The notes beneath the pieces are model-generated. The model saw nothing but the letters and a program-made list of their open reading frames with translations. It was not told the origin of the DNA and made no database searches. From Mobula hypostoma (lineage: Eukaryota), in the NCBI RefSeq assembly GCF_963921235.1, contig NC_086097.1, forward strand, positions 159,156,001 through 159,220,000: a DNA stretch of 64,000 bases, written 5' to 3'. Below, piece after piece: positions 1-11,204 of the stretch. The translations under genes and the position numbers were made by a program. Every line of letters starts with the position of its first letter. Position 1 is the stretch's first letter.

Positions 1-542
1 AAGCTTAGAGTAGTCATCCAGTAGATATATTCACTGCCATTCTGGGCTGGCCACACAAAACATCTGTTATCTGACAAAGCCAGTCACTGTTCCTGGATCA
101 TGCTAAAATGCAAACATCAGTCTTGACTCCATTTCTTCACCGGAACTGCCTGCTTAAATTTCATTTTCCTGTTTCCGAACCTTCAACTCCATCGACAACA
201 TGGGAGACTGAGGATCTTCTTTGTCACTGAGATTGAAGCTACATTAAGCTATATTATCACTTACCCCTTCTTGGTTACCAGATATACTCTTTGGTTTCTT
301 CTGCTTTGGACCTGAGACCTGGCCTTTCTCGTGGTTTCTTTCCTCCTTCATCCCAAACCTCTCCTGGCTCATTCTAAATCCATCTTCTACTTGTTTAGCC
401 TGTTTCTATTTAAAGACTGATCTTACCACTTCCTTTACTGGCTTCTTCTTAATCTATAATGTCACAGACTCATATCTTCAACTCTGCCACAGTCACTCAT
501 CTCCTCCAAATAAAAAAAATGCCACCTTGTTCCCTCTAAACA

Positions 543-870
543 ACTGGATAGTGTGGCAGTGCAGAGGATATTTCAGTTAGTAGGAGACTCTGGGATCTGA
601 GGGCACAGCCTTGGAATAAAGGGATGTCCCTTTAGAAATGAGATGATGAGGAATTTCTTCCGTCAAAGGGTGGTGAATTTGTGGAATTCCTTGCCATAGA
701 GGGATATGAACACCAAGTCACTGGGTGTATTTAAGGTAGAAATTGATTCTTGATTGGTGAAATTTCTAAAGCTTATGTGGAGAAGGTAGCAGAATAGGGT
801 GGATAGAAAATGCTATGATTAAATGGTGGAACAAACACAGTGGGTCAAAATGCCTTGACCATTTGGTGTG
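543..870 (+). mobile_element. CR1-clade LINE, decayed 3' fragment
   Basis: Matches the CR1 ORF2 C-terminal sequence seen elsewhere in the window (gggcacagcct...aggaatttcttc...agggtggtgaatttgtggaattcc; compare 36121-36230). Confidence 0.75.
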
Positions 871-1399
871 GTCAATCATATGGTCCTTACCAATTCTCCT
901 CCCCACTTGTCCAGCCAGGTCTGCTGGCCCTATATAGTCATAGGGATAAATGGCATCACTTCCCACTTCTGCACTATTTCTCTGAGAATCCATACATACA
1001 CAGCCTCTTGTTAGCATTGGCCAATAAGCCAGTGGAAGTTTACACATGGATGTTTGTGTTGTGTAGTTCTTCTCAAACACCTTAGAATTTTCTGTGGCTT
1101 CCAATGCTTGGTTGGCATCCAGTCTGGCTGAGAAGGTATTTCTTGCAAGTCCGTTGTTGAGGAGAATAAAGCCATTGTTACTGGTCCCTTACACAAGCTC
1201 CATTCCATGGCTTCATCCCAATGCCGCCCGATCCATCAGCAACACCCCCTGTCCCCCCATCCCCCATCCCAGCTCATCTACCACTGAAGCTATTGAACAT
1301 GTATTGACTACCTCTAACTTTGTCTATTCTTGGCTAGCCCATGATTTCAACTGTCTGTAATTCTAAATCTAAAAATTTGATTTCCCCAGTGCTTAATCG

Positions 1400-1732
1400 C
1401 CTGCACTGGCATTTGTTCAGCAAGACCTTGTTCTCATCTTGTTCTTAAGTCTCTCAATTGTAACTTCCCCAAATCCAACAACCCAAACACTTTTTCAATG
1501 AGCATTCCATTGGCATCCTAAACTCTTGTCTTCTTTCTCTAGTCCTCTCTGTCTCTCCTCCTCTCATTCCTCCAACATACTCAAAACCTACATCTTCAAC
1601 CAAGCTTTTGGTGATTGCCCTAATACTTTTGTAAGTGGCTTGCTGTCATACTTTGTGTGATAATACTTGTGAAGTGCCTTGAGATATTTTGTTGCATTAA
1701 AAGGTACATAATGAATACTTGTTGTTGTTATT
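1400..1732 (+). mobile_element. Probable L2-type LINE/SINE 3' end, highly decayed
   Basis: ctcaaaacctacatcttcaaccaagcttttgg ... gtgaagtgccttgagatatttt ... ending in (gtt)n resembles L2-type 3' tails. Recognised by eye only. Confidence 0.4.
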
Positions 1733-2219
1733 GGACTGCAGAGGTGCCTACAATCTAAGAAAACTGAAAGAGTTGACATTAAATTAGGACTAGAAAAGAA
1801 TACCTTCACACATGAAAGCAGCATTTGCTTTGGTTAGCACCTTTCTTTCTAATACATCTAGAATAATTAATAGCTCTGCATATACTTAGGATGTAAAGCA
1901 CTTGACCCTTGCATTAGATTTAGAAGCAAAGGTGGGATATTCTAAGAGACAACCAATCCTCTGAGAAGTAATCATCATATTGAAGACACTTACTGTCTGA
2001 AGTAAAATGGAATTAATAACTGTCCTATTTTGAGTCAGAATGCCTTCATTAAATGCTATAATCCTTAAAAGGATGTCAGATTATGTGTTCATTTCATGAC
2101 CCAGCTTCCATTATTTGCAGCCCGATCCCTAGGCACAGTTCTCCTCCATTTTCTTGGTGCAGTGTAAGAAGAAATGCTTTGTTTAAAGTGAACTAGATGA
2201 CAAGATTTATCTTTCCTCT

Positions 2220-2340
2220 AGTGACACACAAAACAGCTCAGGAGACATCTATAAAAGGAAATGGACAGTTGATGTTTCAGGATGTGACCATTCATCAGGT
2301 GTGCTGCTGCAGATTCCAGCATCTGCAATCTTTTGTCTCG
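2220..2340. mobile_element. Decayed Penelope pseudo-LTR remnant
   Basis: gacagttgatgtttcagg..accattcatcagg followed by ttccagcatctgca; these are the same motifs as the pLTR copies at 7890-8931 and 55514-55752. Confidence 0.55.
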
Positions 2341-3689
2341 TTTCTCCAAGACTGCTCTATCCCATTCTATTTTTAACACTGACAACCAAAACCCATTCAA
2401 GTGTCAAACAAACTTAATATCATTTCAGATCACACTCCATAATGATTTGTGCCATTTTAACCACTTTTCCTTATTTGAATACTCATGCTACTCCTCTAGT
2501 TCTGTCATCTTAAGAACTAATCATTCAACTACTAAGTACTTGTCTTTGAACCTCTCAAACCATCTCACCTTGGCACTTTTCTCTTTTTTTTAAATTTCCT
2601 CTTGCTTGAAATCTTTCCCCATCTCAGACCTTCTCACTGCATACAGCTAAGAAATAACCATCAAGTCACTCCTTCCACAGGTAGGATCAGAAGCAACATT
2701 CAACGGTTTTTTGAGGGCTATGTTCTATGTCATTGCAAATTTTATAAAACAAGCAGTCTGAACCTTGCTGTCACCAATAGGTTTCTATATGGGTTGAGGG
2801 CTTACTGTGACCTTCTGTAGTTCAAATGTGGTTCAACAGATCTGCAATCCTGAACCATGAAGAGAATTTTTCTCTGGTGACTAGCATTAAACATGTGTGA
2901 GAGTAGTGACCAATAGTTGTACTCACCACCTAGAAGTGAACCATCATTGAAGTCAATGGACCTAAATTGCAGGACCTGAGCAACCAGGAATGAAAAAGAA
3001 GATCCAAAGAAATAGAATATTCTTGAAAGGAATTAAATTCCACTCAGCTTCCAAGAGGTGGCAATGACCAATATTTTCTAATTACAACTAATTATCAATG
3101 TACCATCCAAAAACAACCAAAATTTCCTCTCAGGAACTTATCAACCTGAGCTTATGATACCACAGGGATCTACACACATGACATAGATCAGTAATTTATT
3201 GCAAAGGGCAATGGCTCTTTGTGAAAATATTTTTCTTGTCTTTGAATTTCCAGCATCTGTAGACTTCCTTGTTTTTATGATTTTTTTTTGTCACTGTCAT
3301 TGATTTTTCTTCTGCCTGTAACTTTTCTGAGATACTCAAGCTAAATTTCTTCTGCATAAAGAAATGTATGTCTGAACCTGTTATAAACTTCTATGGAACC
3401 TGAATGTTACAAAGTAAATAACAGGGCTTTCAAAACCAATATGGGAATCAATGGAGCAAAAAGTGCAATATACCAGGGCTTTCCTATAATCTATAGGGTC
3501 CCTTGTTGTTTTTTAATATGCTGGAAAAACTAAACTTAGCAAAACTAATCAAATCATTTCCCCTCTTTTTCTGTGTCACCAAACAAATTGATCACTTGGT
3601 ATCATCTTTGACTAAAAGGTTAATTATGAGGGAAAAAAAAACAGAAATGTGAAAACACATATTTAGTAAGAGTTCCAATGGATATTTAA

Positions 3690-4050
3690 AAGAAAGAAGA
3701 ATTGGAATAGTGAGTTTAAGGCACTAAAATGGAAAACAAGGAAATGACAGATGAATTAAACAGATATTTTGCATTAGTCTTTATCATTGAGGTTCCAAAT
3801 GATATGTCAGAAATAGTTGAGAATTAGAAGGGACGGAGGAATTTAACAAAATTATAATCATCTGGGTAGTGGAACTGACCAACTTGCTGAAGCTGGGTAT
3901 GAGAGTCTGCAGGGTCCTGACTGACTTCATCCTAGCCTCCTAAAATTTATGACAAATGAATTATTATTCTGGTGGTTTTAAATTCCCAAACTTCCCTCAA
4001 TTTGGGCAAGGTTCCACTAAACTCAAAACCTGCCAATTTAACCTTTTTAC
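3690..4050 (+). mobile_element. CR1 LINE ORF2 internal fragment (EN-RT linker), decayed
   Basis: aaggaaatgacagatgaattaaacagatattttgcattagtcttt is homologous to 21053-21100. Confidence 0.55.
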
Positions 4051-4085
4051 AAAAGGGAAACTGACATGGTCCCCCTCCATACAAG

Positions 4086-7000
4086 TAGTTGTGACAAAGG
4101 CCCCCTCCCTAGACGCAGCTCCTGAAGTGCCAGAGACTTGCGCCAGCTGGAAGCCCCGGAAGAGAAACTTGTTCAGGATGTTATAAACTGGAACACAAGA
4201 ATATTCCTCTGGTCCATATCCTTCCCAATTTGCAGGACAATGGATCCTGTCCCACACTCGGTAAGATGTCAGGAAGCAGGGCACAGAGCAGACCTGGGAG
4301 TCTCTCAGGTTTCTCATTCTTTAGGAGTCTCTGTGATGGCCTTCTCCAATACAAATGGTCCTGCATAGCACAGGGCCAACTTGCAGCTCTCAGCTTTCAA
4401 GGGCAGATCTCTAGATGCCAGCCAGAGTTTCTCCTGTGGCTTGCCAGGCATCACTTGTTAGCAGCCAATCAAGTTATTGTGTGCAATCTTTGCCCACACC
4501 AGTTGGAAGCTCCATGTTGTGGGGTTGGAAGAGACAAGGCAGTACAAGGTTCTGTCCGGCTCCTAATTCATTCTCTCAGTCTAACCATTAGATTTAATTA
4601 GATTATTAGATTATGATGACACGCAATCCTCTTTTATTGTCATTTAGTAATGCATGCATTAAGAAATGATACAATATTCCTCCAGTATGATATCACAGAA
4701 ACACATGACTGACCAAGACTGAAAAACTGACAAAAACCACCTAATTATAATATATAGTTACACCAGTGCAAGCAATACGGTAACTTGATGAAGAACAGGC
4801 CATGGGCTCGGTAAAAAAAGTTCAAAGTCTCTCGAAAGGCCCACATCTTACGCAGATGGGAGAAGGACAAAAACTCTCCCTGCCATGCCCAACCACAGTC
4901 CGACTCTGAGTCATCTGAAAACTTCGAGCCTCCGACACCAAGCACCGAGCACCATCTCTGCTGAGCGCTTCGACCCCGGCCCCAGCTGCCAGCAGCAGGC
5001 AAAGCTGAGGATTTGGGGCCTTACCTCTGGAGATTCTTGATCGCACAGTAGCAGCGGCAGCGAACCGGGCATTCAGAAGTTTCTCCAAATGTTCCTCCGT
5101 GCTTCTCACAGCTGTCTCCTTCAGATCAGAATTGTGCACGGTACCCTATTTAACAAATACGATATCATTTAATGGAGAGACTGCGCACGCTGCGTTGCGT
5201 CGCCATCTTCTACTCCCGCATTTAGGGTGGAAACCTAAAGTGGCTGGATGTGGCTCTCAAAAGAGAACAAAAGGCATCCAAAAAAAGCATGTGAACTGTA
5301 GTCCTCAAACACTATGTCCTGAGGGAAGCCATGCAGCCTAAATACTTGCTGAAGGTGGCAGTTCCACGAGCCGATAGGAGTTTGGGGAGAGCAATGAAGT
5401 GGGCAGCTTTGGAGAACCAATAAACAAATGTCAGATGGTTGTGTTTCCATCTGATGGAGGTAGACGAGTGATGAAATCCACCAAAAGGAGGGACCAGGGG
5501 AGGTGAGGCACAGGCAGCAGGCAGAGGAGACCAGCAGGGTGCTAACATGACATCTTGGCCTGGGCACAAGTGGTACAGGAGAGATGAAGTACAAGACATC
5601 CTGGGGCATAGACAGCTACCAAAATCTTTGTAAATTACATGGTCCATTGAATTCCTGGATGACCAAGCAGGTGGGAAAAGTGACCCCACTCCAGCACAGT
5701 GGGATACACAGTGGCAGGAACAAACAGCCGGTTGGGGGGTCCCCCAACTGGGCCTGCATCCAACTGTGGGCAGCCCTCTCCTCTGCTCCTATTGCCCTAA
5801 TCACCAGGGCAGCTATGCTTGTGCTAGGAAGGATTGGCTCCAGATTGGCATTGTCCTCAATGATGTCAAACTGGTGGAAAAGAGCATCAGCCTTCGTATT
5901 CTTGCTTCTAAGATTGGTAGGTGAGGGGGAAATTAAACCAGGTAAAGAAGAGAGCCCAATGGGCTTGGTGGGAGTTGAATCTCTTGGTGTCACAGATATA
6001 GGAGAGGTTCTTGTGATCTGTCCATACCAGGAAGGAGAGTCCTTCCCCCTCCAGCTAATGTCGCCAGACCTCAGTTCCCAACATCATAGTTACACAGAAG
6101 GAGTCAAGCAATAGGACAGAAAAGCACAAGGGTGCATCCGAGAGCTTTGAGAGCACTGGGAGATGCAGCTCTGATGCCAACATCAGATGCATCAGCATTG
6201 ATAATGAATGGATGAAATGGGTCTGGAAATTGCCGCACTCTAGGGCTGTGGTGAAGTGTCATTTTTTCTTCCAAGAATACTAGAGCTGCTTCATAGGTCC
6301 ATGGGAATCCTGCAGAGGTCTTCTTGGTGAAAGCATTTACAAGAGCCATGATGGAACTGAAGTGACGATAAAAGTTTGCAAATCTCATAAAGTGCCTCAG
6401 CTGTTTGCTCATAGGTGGTTTGGGCCACTCTGTGACTGCCTGAACTTTACGTGGGTCAATTTGAAGGCTGGATAGGCTTAGGATGTAGCCCAAGCATGAC
6501 ACCTGCACTTTGGGCTTGACATAAAGGTTATTCTCGAGGAGCCATTTGAAATCACACCCCTCCCCACCCGGCCCCCCCCCCGGCCGACATATGGACGTGC
6601 AAAAATACACAAAAATAAATGGATTACTTTGTTGAAAAGGACTTGAAAGCAGTAGGGCTGTTAGCCAGATGAAAGGGCATCACAAGATACTCATAGTGGC
6701 CGGTGGAATTGTTGAATGCTTTCTCCCTCGCTTCATCTTCTCCAATATGATCTAAGTTGTAAGCATTGCACAGACCAATCAGGGAGAATATGATCGCTCC
6801 CTGGAGATGCTCGTATGCAGAGGTAAGCAGGCGAAGGTGGTTGTGGTTCTTCAGCATGATGTCGTGGAGAGGCCTGTATCAATGCAGGGACAGAGCTTGC
6901 TATCTTTCTTGCTCACAAAAAAGAAGTCTGCCCCTACTGGTGAATTTGATGGATGGATAAATCCTAAGGCTAATGCTTCATTGATATATTCTTCCATGGC

Positions 7001-7500
7001 CACCATTTCAGGATGAGAGAGGGAAAAAAGCTGGCCCCAGAGAGGACTAGTATTAGTTAAGAGGTCAATGCCACAGCTGTATGGCCAGTGGGAAGGCAGT
7101 GATATGGCTGCCTTCTTACTGAAGACCTCAACGAGGTCACCATATTCAGATGGAACACGAGTCAAGTCCACACTAGCCGATGGCACAGGAAGTGATATGT
7201 TGACTGGGGCTTGAGCTGGACCTAGACAGGTATACAGACATGTCGGTCCCCATTCTTGAAGTGCACTTAGGAACAATTGATCCATGAGTTATGTTAAGAT
7301 AGCAAGAGAAGTATTCAGATGAATTAAAAAGATAGAAAGAGAGCTTTTGCCTGGAATTGCATTCTAGCCTGAACCAGAAGCTGATCACCTGGAGCCGTGA
7401 CATCAATATTCTCTCAGAAGAGATATCATTGAGGTTCCTGGTTGCCCTGGAATCAATAAACATAATTTCAGTCAAGATGGTGCCTGTACACAACACTGCT
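4086..7500 (-). mobile_element. Decayed Gypsy LTR retrotransposon, Tf1/Sushi-like chromovirus (protease-RT-RNase H-integrase-chromodomain)
   Basis: Minus-strand ORF fragments in pol order: protease-like FIDSRA (7173-7496); RT 'YINEALALGFIHPSNSPVGADFFFVSKKD' (6851-7285) and 'GHYEYLVMPFHLANSP' (6624-6857); RNase H 'PFIINADASDVG' (6104-6610); 'KNTKADAL'; integrase 'VFRLHGFPQDIV'; chromodomain 'WEGYGPEEYSCVP' (3997-4317 ORF). A polypurine tract (~4101-4111) is followed by TGTCAC (LTR start, 4096-4091). Many stops and frameshifts. Confidence 0.88.
4590..5218 (-). mobile_element. Non-coding non-autonomous retroelement (5' AAGATGGCG head, (AATCT)n tail) inserted in the Gypsy integrase
   Basis: Reverse-complement homologue of 60591-61259. 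It splits the integrase FHP..NG.TER motif (flanks 4570-4589 and 5221-5240). Confidence 0.8.
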
Positions 7501-7946
7501 TTGATCGATATCTTCTGGATAAATTATGAAACCTTATTTCACTTCTTTTATGTCTTTTACGTTTGTTTTTCATCTTGAATGTGATTCTGGAACTGTTGGA
7601 GCCTTGATTTGCAGTTCAGAGATCGTTTGGGTGTTTCAGCACTCTGTAGTCTCTGAGGGAGGCAGAGGCAGTATGTGGGAACCTCTGGCAAGAAGGCTGC
7701 AAGCCAATTTTTGATTCCATATTGACGACTAAAACTTCATTTGTTCACCCATTAAAGCGATGAGTGAGATTGAACTGTTGGCTGCCTGCCTTTTTCTCGC
7801 TGGTGAGATCACTCTGCTATGGAGGTAGAGAATGTTAGCCAGGTTTTCTGTGTTTTGGAAGTGGACATGGATTGTACACTTCTTTCAGTAACACGCACAA
7901 CACGCTGGAGGAGCTCAGCAGGTCGGGCAGCATCCGTGGAAACGAA

Positions 7947-7984
7947 CAGTCAACATTTCGGGCCGAGACCCTTCATCAGGACTG
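7947..7984 (-). ncRNA. Minimal type I hammerhead ribozyme motif (PLE-associated)
   Basis: Minus strand reads CAGTC-CTGATGA-A-GGGTCTCGGCCC-GAAATGTT-GACTG: stem I, catalytic core, stem II, GAAA. Confidence 0.7.
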
Positions 7985-8799
7985 AAGAGGGAGGGGGCAG
8001 GGGTCCTATAAAGAAGGTGGGGGGAGGGTGGGAAGGAGAAGGCTGGTAGGTGCCAGGTGAAAAACCAGTAAGGGGAAAGATCAAGGGGTGGGGGAGGGGA
8101 TAGGCAGGAAAGGTGAAGAAAGAATAGGGGGAAGCACAATGGGTAGTAGAAGGAGGTGAAACCATGAGAGAGTTGATAGGCAGCTGGAGGAGGGGGTAGA
8201 GTGAAACTGGGATGGGGGAAGGGAATTACCGGAAGTTGGAGAATTCAATGTTCATGCCCAGGGGCTGGAGACTACCCAGACGGTATATGAGGTGTTGCTC
8301 CTCCAACCTGAGTTTGGCCTCATCATGGCAGTAGAGGAGGCCATGTATGGACATATCCGAATGGGAATGTGAAGCAAAGTTGAGGTAGGTGGCAACCGGA
8401 AGATCCGGTCTGTTGCGGCAGACAGAGCGGAGGTGCTCGATGAAGCGGTCACCCAATCTGCATCGGGTCTCACTGATGCACCGAGAGCACCGGATGCAAT
8501 AGGTGACTCCAACAGACTCACAAGTGAAGTGTTGGAAGGACTGTTTGGGGCCCTGAATGGTGGCAAGAGAGGAGGTGTAGGGATAGGTGTAGCACTTTCG
8601 CTTGCAGGGAAAGGTGCCGGGTTGGAGATCCGTGGGGAGGGATGTGTGGACCAGGGAGTCGCAGAGGGAACGATCCCTGCGGAAAGCGGAGAGGGGTGGA
8701 GAGGGAAAGATGTGCTTAGTGGTGGGGTCCTGTTGAAGGTGGTGGAAGTTGCAGAGGATAATGTGCTAGATCTTTATAGGACCCCTGCCCCTCCCTCTT

Positions 8800-8837
8800 C
8801 AGTCCTGATGAAGGGTCTCAGCCCGAAACGTTGATTG
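8800..8837 (+). ncRNA. Minimal type I hammerhead ribozyme motif (PLE-associated)
   Basis: CAGTC-CTGATGA-A-GGGTCTCAGCCC-GAAACGTT-GATTG. Confidence 0.72.
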
Positions 8838-9959
8838 TTTGTTTTCACTGATGCTGTCCGACCTGCTGAGTTCCTCCAGCATATTGTACATATTGCTTTG
8901 ACCCCAGCATCTGCAGAGAATTTTGTGTTTGCACTTTTTTCAGTCTTGTAGATTTTTAAAATATTCTATGATTTTCACCTGATCTTCTTTGTTTTTTGTG
9001 TGCAGGGGAGGAGGATTTGGGGGTCAATGTGCCTGTTCTGTTTTTATACATTTTTTTTGCAGGGAGGAGGTTTGATGATCTTGCTGTCGTTCTTTTCTTT
9101 CTTGGTTTCATGGCTATCTGGAGAAGAAGTAGTTCAGTGTTGTATACTTCGTTAATAAATGAACCTTTGAACCTTAATGCCTGGAGGTGTCCTGGAACAC
9201 CACAGTAGAGGCAGCACTTCCATCACTTCCTATTTTTTTTATATTTTAGATTTCCAGCATCCGTAGTTTATTCCAAATGTAAAGGCAACATTTACTGAGC
9301 ATATTTTATGATAACAAACTCCAAACCTGTCTTGCTTTTAGATATTTTTGCTTTTGTAACACAAAGGAAAAATCCACATACTCAACAATTTAATTGTAAA
9401 CTTGAATTGGAAGGACTATTCAGTATTAAGGTTCTGTTTGCAGATATACTAGTGGAAATTCTCTGAATATACTTTAGAGCAGTTATTGAAAATCTACAAA
9501 CCTTTCACACGATTTTTCCAATATGTTCAGCTGCAGGTGAGATTTCTTGACAGCTGAATGCATTCAAAAAATTAAGTTAATTTGTCAATATTTTGAGATT
9601 TATTTTTAAAACGTAGATGTCCAATCATGTAATTGGACTAGAATATTGATCTAAAGAATTGTACAATTAAAATCCTGATTATATATAGTTAGCAGAAAAG
9701 TTGATACTTAACAGTTGATCAGATTCAATCTCTGTGCTGGAGGCTGCAGAATTTGTTTGGTCTGTAACTGAACTACATCTAGAATTGCTTGCATTCCACA
9801 TCTGGTATGAGGGAAGACTCCCTGGCCAAAGTGCATCAATATCAATGCATTTATCATTCAATAAAATGCAGGATATTAGCTTTGACGCCAGAAGTATGGA
9901 TTTTGCAGTGATACACCAGGGCTTGCCATTTAAGCACTTTTTTTTCTGGAATAAAGAAC

Positions 9960-10880
9960 AAAATAAAATAAGAACAGTAGTAGGGCACCTAAGCCCTCAG
10001 TCATAATGTCCCACCATTCAATATGATCAGGGCTGATCTGTCTCATCTCAACTCCACTTCTGTTGTAATTTGACATAATTCTCATTTTACCAAATTTCAA
10101 AAATATACATTTGCATGCCCCTTTTCATCACGGGTATGAGAAGATTTGGTTTGTCACCTAAAACACTCAAAAACGTCTACAGATGTACCATGGAGAGCAT
10201 TCCAACTGGCTGCATCATCATCTGGTGTGGGGGTAGAGGGGGCTACTGCACAGGATTGTAGCATGCAGCAGTGAGTTGTAAAGTTAGTCACCTCCATCAT
10301 AGGTACTAGCCTCCATAATATCCAAGACATCTTCGAGGAACGGTGCCTCGGAATAGCTGCTTCCCCCATCACCCAGGACATGTTCTCTTCTCATTGTTAC
10401 TGTTAGGAAGGAGGTGTAGAAGCCTGAAGGCACACACTGAATTCAGGAACAGCTTCTTTGCCTCTATAATTTGATTTCTAAATGGACATTGAACCCATAC
10501 ACTCTGTCACAACATTTTCATAAATTTCTGTTTTTTGCACTACTTACCTTAATATAACTATCTAATATACATACATATACTTTCTGTAATTCGGTTTCTT
10601 TTTGTTTGTTTATCATGTATTTCATTGTACCACTGCCGCAAGGTTAACAAATTTCATGACATAAGGCGGTAACATTAAACCTGGTTTAGATTCTTCCTTA
10701 AAAATCTCCAATTACCTGGCATCCACAGCCCTCCAGGATAGAAAATATTAAAGATTTGGTCCTATCTGCATGAAGAAATACCTGAAATTGACTTATTCTT
10801 TAATTAAATGATCATTCTCTTAATGTAACCCCTGGTTTGAGACTCTGCCACCATTTGAATCAATATCTACCCTATCTTGC
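9960..10880 (-). mobile_element. CR1 LINE 3' end, decayed, interrupted by a Rex/Babar fragment
   Basis: cccaccattcaatatgatcagggctgatc (CR1 3' UTR, minus strand), resuming at ~10700 with ggcatccacagccctc... Confidence 0.55.
10135..10695 (+). mobile_element. Rex1/Babar-type LINE, 3' fragment
   Basis: gagaagatttggtttgtcacc..ctacagatgtaccatggagagcatt..ggctgcatca, homologous to 21337-21670 (reverse complement) and 58920-59470. Ends ...aaatttcatgacata..taaacctg. Confidence 0.8.
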
Positions 10881-10884
10881 ATAT

Positions 10885-11204
10885 GGAGTGGCACAGTAGT
10901 GTAGTAGTTAGCACAACGCTTTAGGGTTCAATTCCCGACGCTCTCTGTAAGGAGTTTGCATATTCTCCTCATGGCTGCATGGGTTTTTTTCAGATGCTCT
11001 AGTTTCCTCCCACAGTCCAAAGACATACCGGTTGGTAGGTTAATTGATCATTGTAATTTGTCCCATGATTAGGTTAGGGTTAAATTGGTGGGTCACTGCG
11101 TGGCATGGCTTGAAGAGCCAGAAGGGTCTACTCCACGCTGTCACAGATACTACACTTGATCTTAGCCTAAAGATCTTACTCCACGCTGTCTCTCAATAAA
11201 TAAA
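10885..11204 (+). mobile_element. tRNA-derived SINE with V-SINE-type core (HE1-like)
   Basis: A-box-like tagtgtagtagtt and B-box ggttcaattccc; core gtttcctcccacagtccaaagacat..gttaattg; ends tctcaataaataaa. Paralogue at 32693-33010. Confidence 0.82.
11143..11172 (-). pseudogene. U2 snRNA fragment (nt ~14-43), retro-insertion
   Basis: Reverse complement ctttaggctaagatcaagtgtagtatctgt matches vertebrate U2 CUUUUGGCUAAGAUCAAGUGUAGUAUCUGU at 29/30. Flanked by an exact 14-bp direct repeat tactccacgctgtc (11129-11142, 11177-11190). Confidence 0.9.

Larger units (their letters stand above)
7890..8931 (-). mobile_element. Penelope-like element (GIY-YIG endonuclease remnant between inverted pseudo-LTRs)
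   Basis: ORF 8226-8456 'GDRFIEHLRSV...LEEQHLIYRLGSLQPLGMNIEFSNF'. Inverted repeat ~7890-8014 vs ~8771-8895. TSD cacttctttcagt (7877-7889) / cacttttttcagt (8932-8944). Confidence 0.92.

Noticed and set aside
2560..2660. Minus-strand exon-like segment with AG acceptor and GTGAG donor
   Set aside because: All three frames contain stop codons; no support as a coding exon.
5584..6114. 176-aa plus-strand ORF
   Set aside because: Antisense to the decayed Gypsy pol; no recognisable domain.
9679..10006. Short ORFs in apparently unique sequence
   Set aside because: No recognisable motif and no convincing splice-site pair.
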